Assembly: GCF_000143415.4 (NCBI RefSeq)
Contig: NW_003314308.1
Span: forward strand, 1,158,654-1,222,653
Origin: Selaginella moellendorffii
Taxonomy: Eukaryota; Plantae; Lycopodiophyta
Direction of reading: 5' to 3'
DNA: 64,000 bases
Positions 44,900-56,484 of this stretch are shown here, piece after piece. Positions within the stretch are counted from its first letter, which is position 1, and every line of letters starts with the position of its first letter. Under the pieces are notes generated by a model that was not told the DNA's origin, ran no database searches, and worked only from the letters and a program-made list of their open reading frames with translations. A program made the translations under genes and the position numbers.

Positions 44900-45620
44900 G
44901 CCACTCTTCCTCCACCTGGTGTGCCAGCCGTTTGCTCCCGCCTGGGGGATCTGGAGCCCCGGGAAGCTCTCCAGCGATGATGACAAGGAAGGTAAATCGC
45001 CAGTGCTTGCTCCCACTTGAAGCTGGATTTGATCGTGGATGGGCATGTATGAACTGGATGTCTGTGGATGGGATGGCCGGTGTCGCCCGGGCTCTTGAGC
45101 TCTACGACAAGATGAGAGGCGAGAATGCAGACATTTTCTCGACGCTCTGAAAGAAGGATCGAGGAAGCAAGACTTCGCGTCGATCAAGCTCTCACACTTG
45201 CTATACATGCTGATGAGCGCATTGCCCAGCACGGAGTTCTCCTCGATATTATCCTCGAGCGGCCTTTGACAAGCTTTGCCTCAGAGAAACCGTCGCGTGG
45301 AACGTGATCCTCACGGCTTACGCACAGCGGCCAAGTTTTGGAGCTCTACATCGACATGGTCCAGTTGGGAGCTAGCACTTTCATCGCCATCCTCTCCTAC
45401 GGCCACGCCGGGAAAGAAAGCTCTACTTTGGACTCATGACTTTGGAGCACGGGATTCCTTTCGGCCCGGAGCATTTCCAGTGCGTAACCGATCTCCTCGC
45501 TCGAGTTGAACACTGCCGACACCGAGGACTTGCTCGTCAACGAAAGCGGTGGCCTGGTTGACGCTGCTCGCGGGCTCTAGAGATCATGGGAACGCCGATC
45601 GACGGCAACGTGTGCAGCAC
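44900..45620 (+). pseudogene. Heavily deleted PPR relic related to 33722-35660
   Basis: Colinear short blocks, e.g. GCTCTTGAGCTCTACGACAAGATGAGAGGCGAGAA vs 34814-34848; inverted fragment LGNALISMYSKC at ~45175-45235. Confidence 0.7.
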
Positions 45621-45704
45621 TACACGTTTTCGAGCTGGATCCACTTTGACGCTATGCAAGGAGGAGAAGAGGTCAGTTTGTGTTATTTTGTTATATGCTG
45701 TTTG

Positions 45705-47562
45705 TTAGCTTTCAGAAATATCAGCGTTCTTTACAGTTGATGGCTTGCCAACCGAGGAAGACGAAGAAGTTACTCCCTTTCGAGCTTTGTTGGCTTGCGC
45801 TGGTGGTAGCGGTGGCGGTGGCGGCGGCGGTGAATTGTTGGAGGTCTTGGACATGTTGCTGGCGAGATGGATTGGCATCAAGCAGAGGCCTTTGTTTTGG
45901 AGGTACTGCATCGCGGAGCCCATGTCTTCCTCCATGAGTTTCGCGACTTGTCTCTCGGTGAGAGCGATTCCGTCCTGCGCGCCGTTTTGTCCCAGAGCTG
46001 CGAGGAATTGGTTTGAGTCCTGCTCGAAAGATAAAACAACGGACAAGTGACTCCATTTCCTTATTGTATGATCGTTCTGATTATATTCTTCTCTTTGTTA
46101 CCTCGGGTGGAAGATCGGTCATGACAGCTCCAGCGTTTCCCAGCCTGCTCATGCTAAGAACCTGACAAGAAGGAAGGAATTAAACAAGTCGAGTGGATCA
46201 TGTGACGACGAAGAATTACTGTACCTTCACTTGGAGTTGCAAAAACTTGACGTAATCGATGATCTCATCCAGCATGGACGCCTTATCAGTCTGTAGAGAA
46301 GCCAAGAAAAAAAAGGAAGAAAAACAAGAACCAAGGTGGTGAGTTTTTTCACGCAAAGCAGCAAAAAGTCAACCTTGTTAGAATTGGGAACGAGCTCTTG
46401 CAGCGATTTCATCCGCTCGGCGATTCTCTCACGTCTCAGCTTCACGAAGGTGGAAGAAAGATTATAGCTAGAAAGAAAGAATGGGAGCTTGAGAGATTTC
46501 TACTCACTCTCTCGGCGATGCTGTGAGGATCGGTGGCTTGGCCACGACGAGCACGAACTCGAGGCCTTGCTGCTCCACCCGGAATCGCTGCTGCTGGTTG
46601 CTGCTGGGACACTGGCGGTGGCACCTCCTGGATCTCGGTTCTCAATCCTTGGCAAGCCTAGAAGGAAAGAAAAAGAGATCACACTCACTTAGAACACCAA
46701 GCATGCAACAATGCTCTAAGATCTTCCTTGGACTCTCGAGAACAAACCAAGTTACGTCCAAAACACAAGAACTTATCTTCTAAGAGATCCAATATCACGA
46801 ATTTCTAAGCGGCCACTGTCACTCACCTGACCGGATTTTGTTCTTGCGAGGTTAGTCTGTCCCGGATGTCCACCAAACGTGTTGAAAATCCCAGCGTCTT
46901 GTCCCTGGATGGAGTAGCAAAAGGAATTTTTATCGAGAAAGCTTCGATTTTTGTAAAGAACTCACCGAGATTGCCGAGAGATTCTCCATCAGCGACGCAG
47001 CTTGCTGCTGCTGCTGCTGCTGCTCGTCGCGGATTCTCTTGCCGAGCATCTGTGCTTCCGTGAGAACATCTCCTCCGGATCCTCCTCCAGGCTTTCCAAA
47101 ACTTAGCGGGAGATTGGACGCGTACTGCTGGCACCATGTCGAGTCGGACCTCTCGAAGACCGGGGAGGAAGAGTCGCCGTTGTTCTTGTTGGAAGAGATG
47201 GAAGAAATCCTACACGAATCGTGCACGAGGTGGTGGTGGTGCTCGTGTTCTTGCTGCTGCTGCTGCTTGAGCTGCGAGAGGAGCGTAGATCCATGATCCT
47301 GGACTTGCAAGCTCCCAGGATCCAGCAGCGACGACGAGGAGATGATCCCATTGTTGATGCTAGAACTGGTAGTGGTGGTGTTGTTTGTGTTGAGAAGCGC
47401 CACCATGGTCTCCAATCCCGCCATGCCACCCGAGAAAGAATCCCATGGAGCAGCACCAGCCACCCTGCCGGAATCGCTCCACGATGGCATCGACAAGATT
47501 TGCTCCATCATCTCGTCCATGACCAGCTGCTGCTGCTGCTGTTCTTGGAGATTGTGAGCCAT
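45705..47562 (-). CDS. LRL: bHLH transcription factor, LRL (subfamily XI), multi-exon
   Basis: [60 protein letters not shown]; LRL domain [29 protein letters not shown]. Confidence 0.95.
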
Positions 47563-48607
47563 TTTCCTGAATCTTTCTTGTCTCTACCCATGCGCTCTCA
47601 TCCTCCTGAGCAAAACCGAAAGAAATTCTCACTCACAACGTACATTCTCGAGATCCCGCCTCGCAATTCCTCCCAGATGGATCAAACAGGAAAAACCCAC
47701 CAAAAACCCGCGACCCAATTCCTCCCGGACGATCCTGGGCAGAGTTTTAGGGTTTTCTCGTGTCATTGACAATGTCTAGCTTTTCTTCATCGTCCTCTTC
47801 CTCTCTTCTTCTTCTTCTGCTTCTTCTTCTTCTTCTTTTATTCCTCTTCATTAAATTCCTTGTAAAATTCCTTGATTTAGCCTAACAGTTTTCGCCCAGT
47901 AAAAACTCTTGCCTGTACTTATTACCGTCTGTTACCGTATTTACGCGGGCCTTTACTTTACCGATGGTAACTCCTGGCGATGGTAACTCGTTACTTTTGC
48001 GATCGTGGAGTTTTCAAAGGGGTGCATGATTCGAGTCCACGTCACTGCTGCCATGGCCGTCCGTGTACTGTAATTTACCAGCGGTCAAATCCCTTGGAAA
48101 GGCCCTTATGAGACATTGACGGCCGACGACGACTTTTTACCACCGGAGGTGAAAGAATACTTCGTACAATAGTAAAATATGTGCGATCGATTGTCAATAC
48201 GATGTGATTATTTAGAACTAATCGAGATGATGGATAGAAACTTCTTCTGGGACCCCAGCGATTTGCTCCAGGATCTTAGGCGTATGGGGACGTGAGGTTT
48301 TAGAATAGTTTTCGAACCTTGGCTGCGAGGACCAGATCAAATTAACGAAAACAATGCCATGGTCCATGGGTCCAATCCAGCTGCACGAACTCCACCACGC
48401 GGGGACTAAACAAGATTATAAACTAGATAAAACAATGCTAAACACGTGTTTTTCGTTCACGCATGTCATTGAGCGAGGGTGTGCTGGCTTTGAGACAAAA
48501 GACGAGCTTGATCTGAATGGACTTTCCGTGTTTTTTTCCCAAAGCTTGTGACTGATAATTTGTCCTTAATTAAGTTCTATAAACTTGAAGGTAAGTAAGT
48601 ATAAGCA

Positions 48608-49022
48608 ATGTCTAAGTTTTGGGCTTTCACGATGGCAGTCGCCACGGCGATTCTAGTGCAAAGAGCTGTAAGATTGGTTTTCCTATTGAAGAATGCTATG
48701 ATCTTTCCGGATCTTGCAGGATGCTTGCGCTGGATTCATTAATTCTTGCGAGATTTTTGATTACGAGGATGGAGTTCTCTATGCGAAGTGCAAAGACGAG
48801 AGAGGGAACTTTGCATGGCCAAACATCGATCTAAAAAACTTTGTAGGGACCAGAAATGGGGAGATTGGAAGCGGCCCTGGATTTACAAACTTCTTGGATG
48901 GATGCTTCGGCTATGGCCTCAACTATAAGGGGGTCTTGAGGGGGACATGCAATGGAAGGGCAAATGCTTTCGACCTCAATAATTACGTCTCCAACGAGAA
49001 TGGACGGCTTAATCTGTGCTAA
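48608..49022 (+). CDS. Secreted cyanovirin-N homolog (CVNH lectin), 2 exons
   Basis: Signal MSKFWAFTMAVATAILVQRA; intron 48668-48719; F.NSC...LYAKC...G...IDL...G.RNG.I, repeated as ...LRGTC...FDLNNYVSNENGRL. Confidence 0.85.
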
Positions 49023-50194
49023 ACTTTGTAAGAAAATCTTTCTAAATAAAGGACCAACGGTCCAGATTGATTAGGGATGATGTTAAGTTTATGGAGAGAG
49101 AATCAATGGAAGTCGTGATTTTGCAACTTGAATTTCCAGGTGCTCCCTGCTGCATCCGCCTGAAGTTGAGCGCTGCAAACACAAGATCAAGCGTCTGGTG
49201 CAAACTCCAAACTCATTCTTCATGGTTTGCAGAACAGTGATTTCTTCCCGAGGTTTTAGGCAATAATCTTGGTCTTGCAGGATGTCAAGTGCCGAGGCTG
49301 CTTCAGCATGTATTCAACTCCTCGTATTCATTTCTTTTGTGCATCATAACTTTTTTCTTTCCTTTTCTGTAGTACGACTTTCTTTAGTCACTCTCAGACG
49401 GTCATTTCTTGTTCGAATTGCTCGACGGTGTTGTGCCAGCCGACTGGTGGCAAAGCCTTCCTCACAGTGGGCTGCGAGTACAGGAAGAAGGGAAACTAAA
49501 TGAATCGGCTAAAGTAAGTTTTGATCACAGTGGAATAAACTATAAGATCGTTCTTTGAAGCCACGAACTTAAACGAGAGAGAGAGAGAGAGTAAACGATG
49601 CCGGCGCGATCCACGCCGTGCCGCAACCAGGCGTCTTGAAAGCTCTCTCGATCCATCCACAGAAGTTTCATTCATTCGCGCGGGTCAAGGAAGAAGAGAA
49701 TTGAAGAGGCCACACCACAAAACCAGCGTAAGTATGTTGTACACGAGTGTCGGGAAATCCTTTTCTTCCCTGAAAGAAGAGCACAAAAGCTGGCTGCCAT
49801 GTGATGGGACTTGATGAAGCTCTTGAATTCAACAAAGGTGGTGGCTTTTATCTTGATATCAATCCATTTTTTTATGAATTGTTTTGGAAAGGAATTCTAT
49901 GATACTCTGTCGGTTCGGCAATGAATGAATGGATCGGTCGTTTTCTTGAGGCTGATGAATGTCTATTATAATCAATACAACATTGTCAATACATGGATGC
50001 TCCTATCTTTCACGACTCCATCTCTTTTTCCTTTCTCTCTTACATATAATCCTTGCTGCAGCTGGAATTTGCGAGACTGCGATGGGCATGTCATTGAATT
50101 CGATCGGAACCTCCTTTTGTGGCGAGCGATAAAAGAATCAATCGTTTGCAACTTCTGGGTTTAGTCGTTTTGGGTTTGATCTTCCCTGCAGGCG

Positions 50195-50325
50195 AGCGAG
50201 AGCGATATTGGCTCTGCTCAATCGCATGACGCTGCTGCATCGCACGAAAAATTTGCGATGGGAATGGATCGATGGAGTCGCAGCAGAGGCATGAGATTGA
50301 GCCGTGCCAATATCACTGGTGTTTT
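50195..50325 (+). ncRNA. MIR171: MIR171 precursor hairpin
   Basis: Mature UUGAGCCGUGCCAAUAUCACU at 50297-50317; complementary arm AGCGATATTGGCTCTGCTCAATC at 50201-50223. Confidence 0.93.
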
Positions 50326-50549
50326 TCGCTTTGTGAGTGACGGATCTTCAAGCATATTCTAAAGGGACGGCCCAGATTGACGGACAACGGTCATCGTGTT
50401 AGGGTTCTTCATCTTTCACCGCGCGAGGCGATTCCTCCATCGGCACGCGAAGTGACCAAGAAATCTGTGATAGAACGAGGCGCTACACTGTCTGGTAGGA
50501 ATCATATTGCAAAAAGACTTATTACTATACCACCAGGGCGATTTCTATC

Positions 50550-52435
50550 GAGCGGAGTGGACGCATAGCTCGCCGCTACAGTTGTAGAGCACTCTATCGG
50601 CCATGAGCACGCCGCCGTCTAGGCGCTCCAGTGGCTTCTCTCCGCAGAGCATTGTCACAACGCTAGACAGAAGTTTGAGCACATAAGCGGCCCACGCTTA
50701 TCACTCTCTCCACTTGTTCTTCGTCAAAACTTGGCCCAGGTGAGCTGACGATTCTCTCGTCTAGCAGCTCCGGTATCTTGTTCTCTTCGTGTAACTTACA
50801 GGCCTGCGATGGGATCGCTCCAGCTTTTTCAAGGAGGAAAAAAGTTTTTTTCGATCACTCACCCATTCCAGAAGGTACTGGGTTGATCCCAATCCGTGCT
50901 CTTTCGACCACTCACGATTCCCAGGCTCAGGATTCCAAAGCTGAAAACATCTGCTTTGTCCGTCAAGAGGCCATGGAGTGCCTACTCCGGTGCCATATAT
51001 CCCCCGCAAAAACAAAGGTTTGCTCTCGTATCTGAAGAATGTGGTGTGACTTTGCCTACACAGTTCCTGCGATTTGTGTGTTGATGGATTTCTCATCCAA
51101 GTACAGTTTCGCCCGAAGTCCGCAATCTTTGCCTCGAACCGTTTGTCCGAAAGTACCTTCCCGGCTTTGATGTCTCTGTGGATGATTTTTATCTGGGAAT
51201 CCTGGTGCAGGTAAAGGAGTCCTCGAGCTACATCTAAGATGATATTGTATCTTTGCTCCCAGGAAAGGCAAGGTTCTCCTGGATCAGCCGGTACGTAAGT
51301 AGAGCATTGTCAAAAGCTTTCAAGAGATGGGCTTGGCTCTTACCAAACAGGACTTTGGCCAGGCTGTTCTTCTCCAGGAGCTCGAACACCAGCAGCCTTT
51401 AGATTCCTCGGTGCCGTATAGCTTGACCAGGTTCCGGTGCTGGACACTGCTTACAAGCCGGACCTCGTTGAGGAACTCGTGTTTTCCTTTTTGCGACTCC
51501 GTGGTAAGTCTTTTGATGGCTATCTTTCTACCGTCTTGCAGAATTCCCTGATTAAAGATCTTCTCAATCATACAAAACTTTTCCCAAGGCAAGTCACTGC
51601 TCACCCTGTAGACCTCCACATCCTCCCTCGCCTAATTTGATATCATCGCTGAAATTGTTTGTGGCTGCTTTCATGGGTAGATGGTTGCTCCCTGATGAAT
51701 GCTCGTCCTTGTCCAGCAAATTATAGAAAACGAGCTTCGAGGTAATAGTTCTCTTTCGTAGCAACGTACCTTCGTTGACGCAAGTCCTTCCAGGATTTAA
51801 ATATCGGTGCTTGATCCTCAGGCAGCAGAATACAATCCAGGACACCTCTCAGTCAAGTTCTTTGTCGCGACGGCCATGCAAGTGTTACACTGCTCGGCGC
51901 TCATGTCCCATCGACACTCGCCCAGCCCGAAGACTCGCAACTTGCCGTCTCCAGAAGTGACAGTGGTGGAAGATCCATGACTAGACAACACCACCATCGC
52001 GGAGTTTATATTCTGGCCATACTGGGAGGAAGGAGCTACGCCGCTACAGTTTGCAATAGGACGGAGAAGAAAGGATGGTTATCATAGATGAGGTAGCAAC
52101 CGTAGAGGAGGATCCGAGCTTCAAAGCTTCCGGGGCAGACCGACTTGGCGGCCTGGGCTGCGTCTTGGGCGCAGGTCCTGGCGGCACTGGAGGACTCCGT
52201 AACCTGTGAGTTTGCCATCGCGGCTGGGAGCGGAGCTCCGGAAGTGACCGGTGATGGGGGCATTGGCGACGAGAACTGCGAGAAGATCGTCGACAGCGGT
52301 GGAGTAAGAGGAAGAAGCGATGGTGATCTGGAGTGCTTCTCTCGGCACGAGGACTCGATCAGTGTGGCAAGCGTTTGATGGTGGTGGGAAGAAGATGAAG
52401 CTTGTGAGGAGGAGCATGGTGTGGAGGAGCGTCAT
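50550..52435 (-). pseudogene. Cysteine-rich receptor-like kinase (DUF26) pseudogene, tandem copy
   Basis: Signal peptide and one DUF26, a deleted second DUF26/TM, and kinase fragments colinear with the neighbouring CRK but frameshifted. Confidence 0.85.
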
Positions 52436-52561
52436 CTCATTGCGTGACTAAATTGGAGGACCAAAGAATTTAACTTTGAAAGTTTTAAGATTTTAGGGTT
52501 CTTTGCTCATTCTCGTTAAAGGTTTTAACGAGTAGATTTTAAAGATTTTTAGGGTCTTCGA

Positions 52562-54721
52562 TCATCGCGCCGAGGAGATGCATTGCGACGAGTGGAGTTC
52601 CTGGCTGCTGTAGCTGGAGTTTAGCGTGTCCGCCTTGAGCACTCCATCGACGAGCTCTACCATCGCCGGCCGCGACACTTTGCCCAGCTTGGCCTCTCCA
52701 CAGATCATCGTCACGACTCGTGACATGCTTGGGCGCTGCGATGGCGTAGCTTGGGTGCACAGGAGTCCAACGCAAACCACTCTTACCGCTTGCTCCTTGT
52801 CAAAGCTTGGAGGTACAGTGTTGAGTCGCGCGTCTACAAGGTCCAGTTGTTCGTTCCTTTCGTGTGACTTCCAGGCCTACGATGCGAGAAAAACTCTTTC
52901 GATCCAAAAAACGAATGAAGAATGCGATCGCTACTCACCCATTCCAGAAGGTATTGTCGCTCGATCGGTTGATTCAAGTCCGTGCTCCTTCGTCCACTTA
53001 CAATCTCCAGGCTGAGGATCCCAAAGCTGAAAACGTCTGCTTTGTCTGTGAGGTGACCGTGGAGTGCGTACTCCGGTGCCATGTATCCCCTGCAATGCGG
53101 TAAGAGATTGTGAAACTTTCTCAAGAGATTTGTTCTTACAGAGTTCCTGCGATCTGAGTGTTGATAGATCTCTCGTCTGAGTACAACCTTGCCAGGCCAA
53201 AGTCTGCGATCTTGGCCTCGAACTTTTCGTCGAGAAGTACGTTCCCTGCCTTGATGTCTCTGTGTATGATCTTTACCTGCGAATCCTCGTGCAGATAGGC
53301 AAGGCCTCGAGCTACACCAAGGATGACATTGTACCTTTGCTCCCACGAGAGACAAAGATTTCCTGGATCACAGGTAACTACTTAGTTCCTGATCTTTTCA
53401 AACTTTCACGAAGCACGTACCTTGAAACAGGACTCTGGACAAGCTGTTGTTCTCGAGAAGCTCGTAAACGAGAAGCCTTTCGGATTCCTCGGTACAGCAG
53501 CCGTATAATTTGACCAAGTTTCGATGCTGGACGCTGCTAACAAGCTTAACTTCGTTGAGGAACTCCTGTTTTCCTTTTTGGGACTGCGTCGTGAGCCGCT
53601 TGATGGCTATTCTTCTTCCGTCTGGCAAAGTGCCCTGCATTTCTTCGAGGTAAACGGATTTGGAACTCTACATAGTTTTTGCTTACCTTGTAGACGACTC
53701 CGAATCCTCCCTGGCCTAGTTTGTTGTCATCGCTAAAGCTGTTTGTGGCTGTTTTCAGTGCATGATACGAGAAGATGGTTGCTCCGTGGTGAATGTTGGC
53801 TTGCAAGTCGAGATCTGCCATGTAGAGGTAAAAAAGAAGGATCTGTTTCAGAAAACACACTATACCTTCTTTAAGCTTCTTTCTTGCAGCAGGAGTCAAC
53901 CGATGCCTGTTCTTGACACAGCAAAATGCAAAGATCCCCAGCAGCAACACACCTCCAATAATCCCAAACACCAACTTGAGAATTCTATCCCTGCCCGACC
54001 CGGATCTGGATTCACGGTCGAGGCTGCTGTAGAACTTGAAGGCGTCAAAGCGCGTGTAGCAGCTGTTGAGAAGAATGGATCCACTGGTGTTCCCGATGCA
54101 TCGATCGGTCATGTTTCTCATCGCCACTCTCACGCACGAGTCGCACTGCTGGGAACTCAAGTCTCCTCGACACTCACCGAGCACGAAAACTTGAGACTTT
54201 CCACTTCCAACCGTGGCTGTGAACGAAGATCCACGCCGAGACAGCGTCGCCAGTGCGGACTTGAGGTTGTCGTCATATCCGGGAGACGAAGCTATGCTGC
54301 TACAGTTCAGACAGAGCAGGGACTCGTCCAGGACGGAGAAGAAGGGATGGTTTTCATACCGCAGGAAGCAGCCGTAGAGCTGGATTTTGGCTCCAAGGCT
54401 TGAGGAGCACCTAGATTTGACGGCCTGGCCGATGTCTCGAGCGCACTGGTCGCAGGAGTCTCTCGACATGTCTTGGCGGCACTGGAGCAGTCCATAGAGA
54501 GTGAGCTCTGCGCTTTGGACGGAGCTCTGGAAGAAGCCAGTGACCGGAGCATTTGTGATGAGAGTTGCGAGGAGGTTGTCGAGGGCGGTGGAGTAAGAGC
54601 TGCCGTTGGTGAATTTCTCTTCTCCGCAGCTCCAGCAGGAGTACTCGATTGGTGCCGGGACTGGAGCAGCATTTGATGCGATCGAGAGAGTGAGGAAAAG
54701 CGAGATGTGGAAGAACACCAT
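52562..54721 (-). CDS. Cysteine-rich receptor-like kinase (2x DUF26, TM, Ser/Thr kinase)
   Basis: C-x8-C-x2-C motifs, [31 protein letters not shown]. Confidence 0.93.
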
Positions 54722-55054
54722 GACAAAGTGTGAGTGATCGATGGACGTTGTCAACCATCTTAAAGTCAAACATATTTGAACAGAAGTATCGGACAAAGGT
54801 GTGCTTGTTTATTCTTTCAAGCTTACACCATGGACAAATCAAAAGAATCGTTATGTCTCAACACAAATGAAAGAGTTGCCTTTGTCAAGAAAAGACCATG
54901 TTGGCATTGGAAAACGCTAAGGGGATTGGCAAAAGTGGTTTATGAGTTTGGCTTTTTACGTCCATGCTTCGATGGCAGTATAAAGCTAGCTCGCCTAGCA
55001 AGCGGAAAGATCAATCCACTCTCCTTGCTCTCTTATATGAGTTTTTAAGGAACG

Positions 55055-56117
55055 ATGATGTCACAAGTGCTCCTCCTCCTCCTGCTGCTGTGCGTCTCGA
55101 CTTTCAGTGCCTCGGGGAGTGCAAGCCAAGGTTACTCTCAGCCTGAGAAGCCGGGCATGCATCCCAAGAGATCCAGCACCGTAAACATTAGTAATGGCAA
55201 AGCTTTTTCAAGAACTTCGGTTCTAATGTGAATGGCAATACCATCTTGGGATCTTCCTGACGAGCTGTCCTCAAGCAATTGAGTCGCCATCGGCGAGCTT
55301 GAGCGAGAGAGATGCCGCCCTCCTCAATAGCCTCCTCGTCATGGAGACCATTCATCGCCAACAGAAGTGGCAGCATAGCTCCAATGGCAAATTCCTCGCA
55401 GCCCCCCTCTCTGGTTCACGGGATGGTGGTGGAATTCAAGGGTCATCAGCTCGACCATACGAGGTAGCTATAGTTCTCGTTGAAGTTGTGATCAATAGTG
55501 GATGGTTTGCTGCAGTGCACTTGCGAACAACAGTGCTATCAGGGCGGCACGCATCAACGTCGGGCAGCAAACTTTCGCTGGGATCATCGACGCTGCACTT
55601 AGTCAGAAGTTATCGCCCAAGTTCGATGCTTTTGGAAACGCGGAGAGCGTGCTCCTGGCCTCTTCCGTCCTGTCTCCACTAGCATCTTCTCTCGCAGAAG
55701 CGATGCTTCCCTGGCTGGAAAGCGTGGCTGCAAGAACGGTAGTGTAAACTGCGAGATCTCTCGAGCACTTGTTTAAATTCTTTGTTTTCGCAGATGGCGG
55801 CAGGAACGTTGCGAGCGCTATCGAGTGAAAACGCGGCCATCAAAACAATGGTCCTGCAAATGAAAGACAAGAGAGTGGATCCACTCTCGCTCACGGTTGG
55901 GACACTCTCGGGCAGGATCGGCGACCTCCACACGCGTTTGGAGGAATTGAGCAACGCCCATTGCAGTACGGGACCCATGAAAGCATCCGCTTTACAGAGC
56001 AACACCATGAAACTGGTGGAACCGATGAAATTGGTGGCAAAGCGAAGTCCAGTGGCAGTCTTTAGAGTGCTTGGCAAACTTGGAATTATAGATCAAATGT
56101 TTTTGTTCCAGTTATAA
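55055..56117 (+). pseudogene. Desiccation-related PCC13-62 (ferritin-like) paralog without extensin, apparently frameshifted
   Basis: Signal MMSQVLLLLLLLCVS; frame breaks at ~55230 and ~55350; domain and intron positions colinear with the 56485-58906 gene. Confidence 0.75.
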
Positions 56118-56484
56118 AACGAGAAATGAATCTATGTCTATGCTGTTTATAGTTTCACTGTCCCAGCTTGAAGCATGTCACAAATGACTGCAATCTTAAA
56201 GTTAACCAGCTAGAATGCACGGAGAGAGATTTCGTCCAAGCCACAAAAGCTTCCAACAAAAAATTCTAACTAAGATGGATCTGTATTATTTCCTCATCTT
56301 GTATGATATGTATTTTTTTGTGATTCATTAAATATTAAGTTGAAACATTTTGATGGATTGCTAGTCTCAAAAAAAAAAAAAAAGAAAAAGTTATGACTGT
56401 TTGTCAAAATAAATGGATGTATTCAAAAGCTTCCAAAACAAATATGTATGGAAGGATCATGCAATGAATGAATTTCTGAAGCTT

